Positions 61,536-64,000 of a DNA stretch of 64,000 bases are shown here, in pieces. The notes under the pieces were generated by a model that was not told the DNA's origin, searched no databases, and was given only the letters and a program-made list of their open reading frames with translations. A program made the translations under genes and the position numbers. How positions within the stretch are numbered: position 1 is the stretch's first letter; each line of letters starts with the position of its first letter. Origin of the DNA: Nemertoderma westbladi (taxonomy: Eukaryota; Animalia; Xenacoelomorpha). The DNA is taken from the NCBI GenBank assembly GCA_032718475.1, contig JAUCBJ010008770.1:28157-92156 (forward strand), given 5' to 3'.

Positions 61536-64000
61536 GAAACCGTACCCTCAGTTCGTGGAGCCAACCCTCCCTCCACCCAGTAGGAGCCGAAACCGTACCC
61601 TCGGTTCGTGGAGCCAACCCTCCCTCCACCCAGTAGGAGCCGAAACGGTACCCTCGGTTCGTGGAGCCAACCCTCCCTCCACCCAGTAGGAGCCGAAACG
61701 GTACCCTCGGTTCGTGGAGCCAACCCTCCCTCCACCCAGTAGGAGCCGAAACGGTACCCTCGGTTCGTGGAGCCAACCCTCCCTCCACCCAGTAGGAGCC
61801 GAAACCGTACCCTCGGTTCGTGGAGCCAACCCTCCCTCCACCCAGTAGGAGCCGAAACGGTACCCTCGGTTCGTGGAGCCAACCCTCCCTCCACCCAGTA
61901 GGAGCCGAAACGGTACCCTCGGTTCGTGGAGCCAACCCTCCCTCCACCCAGTGGGAGCCGAAACCGTACCCTCGGTTCGTGGAGCCAACCCTCCCTCCAC
62001 CCAGTAGGAGCCGAAACCGTACCCTCGGTTCGTGGAGCCAACCCTCCCTCCACCCAGTAGGAGCCGAAACGGTACCCTCGGTTCGTGGAGCCAACCCTCC
62101 CTCCACCCAGTAGGAGCCGAAACGGTACCCTCGGTTCGTGGAGCCAACCCTCCCTCCACCCAGTAGGAGCCGAAACGGTACCCTCGGTTCGTGGAGCCAA
62201 CCCTCCCTCCACCCAGTAGGAGCCGAAACGGTACCCTCGGTTCGTGGAGCCAACCCTCCCTCCACCCAGTAGGAGCCGAAACGGTACCCTCGGTTCGTGG
62301 AGCCAACCCTCCCTCCACCCAGTAGGAGCCGAAACGGTACCCTCGGTTCGTGGAGCCAACCCTCCCTCCACCCAGTAGGAGCCGAAACGGTACCCTCGGT
62401 TCGTGGAGCCAACCCTCCCTCCACCCAGTAGGAGCCGAAACGGTACCCTCGGTTCGTGGAGCCAACCCTCCCTCCACCCAGTAGGAGCCGAAACGGTACC
62501 CTCGGTTCGTGGAGCCAACCCTCCCTCCACCCAGTAGGAGCCGAAACGGTACCCTCGGTTCGTGGAGCCAACCCTCCCTCCACCCAGTAGGAGCCGAAAC
62601 GGTACCCTCGGTTCGTGGAGCCAACCCTCCCTCCACCCAGTAGGAGCCGAAACGGTACCCTCGGTTCGTGGAGCCAACCCTCCCTCCACCCAGTAGGAGC
62701 CGAAACGGTACCCTCGGTTCGTGGAGCCAACCCTCCCTCCACCCAGTAGGAGCCGAAACGGTACCCTCGGTTCGTGGAGCCAACCCTCCCTCCACCCAGT
62801 AGGAGCCGAAACGGTACCCTCGGTTCGTGGAGCCAACCCTCCCTCCACCCAGTAGGAGCCGAAACGGTACCCTCGGTTCGTGGAGCCAACCCTCCCTCCA
62901 CCCAGTAGGAGCCGAAACGGTACCCTCGGTTCGTGGAGCCAACCCTCCCTCCACCCAGTAGGAGCCGAAACGGTACCCTCGGTTCGTGGAGCCAACCCTC
63001 CCTCCACCCAGTAGGAGCCGAAACGGTACCCTCGGTTCGTGGAGCCAACCCTCCCTCCACCCAGTAGGAGCCGAAACGGTACCCTCGGTTCGTGGAGCCA
63101 ACCCTCCCTCCACCCAGTAGGAGCCGAAACGGTACCCTCGGTTCGTGGAGCCAACCCTCCCTCCACCCAGTAGGAGCCGAAACGGTACCCTCGGTTCGTG
63201 GAGCCAACCCTCCCTCCACCCAGTAGGAGCCGAAACGGTACCCTCGGTTCGTGGAGCCAACCCTCCCTCCACCCAGTAGGAGCCGAAACGGTACCCTCGG
63301 TTCGTGGAGCCAACCCTCCCTCCACCCAGTAGGAGCCGAAACGGTACCCTCGGTTCGTGGAGCCAACCCTCCCTCCACCCAGTAGGAGCCGAAACGGTAC
63401 CCTCGGTTCGTGGAGCCAACCCTCCCTCCACCCAGTAGGAGCCGAAACGGTACCCTCGGTTCGTGGAGCCAACCCTCCCTCCACCCAGTAGGAGCCGAAA
63501 CGGTACCCTCGGTTCGTGGAGCCAACCCTCCCTCCACCCAGTAGGAGCCGAAACGGTACCCTCGGTTCGTGGAGCCAACCCTCCCTCCACCCAGTAGGAG
63601 CCGAAACGGTACCCTCGGTTCGTGGAGCCAACCCTCCCTCCACCCAGTAGGAGCCGAAACGGTACCCTCGGTTCGTGGAGCCAACCCTCCCTCCACCCAG
63701 TAGGAGCCGAAACGGTACCCTCGGTTCGTGGAGCCAACCCTCCCTCCACCCAGTAGGAGCCGAAACGGTACCCTCGGTTCGTGGAGCCAACCCTCCCTCC
63801 ACCCAGTAGGAGCCGAAACGGTACCCTCGGTTCGTGGAGCCAACCCTCCCTCCACCCAGTAGGAGCCGAAACGGTACCCTCGGTTCGTGGAGCCAACCCT
63901 CCCTCCACCCAGTAGGAGCCGAAACGGTACCCTCGGTTCGTGGAGCCAACCCTCCCTCCACCCAGTAGGAGCCGAAACGGTACCCTCGGTTCGTGGAGCC
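61536..64000. repeat. 53-bp satellite, near-identical units (>=46, truncated by window end)
   Basis: Unit GAAACGGTACCCTCGGTTCGTGGAGCCAACCCTCCCTCCACCCAGTAGGAGCC; variants occur only in the first ~9 units. Confidence 0.97.

Noticed and set aside
61495-63961. 786-814-aa minus-strand ORFs
   Set aside because: Artefact of a stop-free 53-bp unit; all three frames give the same periodic peptide.

Overview
Repeat-rich invertebrate (metazoan) nuclear DNA; the taxon cannot be determined from sequence alone. Main contents: (1) a complete 7-exon spt6/SUPT6H gene on the minus strand (29809->8539, 4872-nt CDS, 1623 aa; all junctions GT-AG and phase-consistent). Three of its six introns carry tandem repeats that begin exactly at a splice site. 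(2) A young 18,970-bp BEL/Pao LTR retrotransposon (34478-53447, minus strand, 2180-bp LTRs, CTGCT TSD). It has no tRNA primer-binding site but has a 10-nt LTR-complementary sequence in its place (candidate self-priming). It also has an extra intact 1235-aa ORF with a DEDDy-like 3'-5' exonuclease and three CCHC knuckles where env would sit. (3) A nested/tandem cluster of non-autonomous Helitron-like elements, several MITEs with clear TIRs/TSDs, a CR1-type LINE fragment, a tRNA-derived SINE carrying a hammerhead-ribozyme core, and several minisatellites. (4) The first two exons of a secreted CAP/SCP-domain gene, followed by a homogeneous 53-bp satellite that runs off the end of the window. All assignments come from reading the sequence by eye; no database searches were run.
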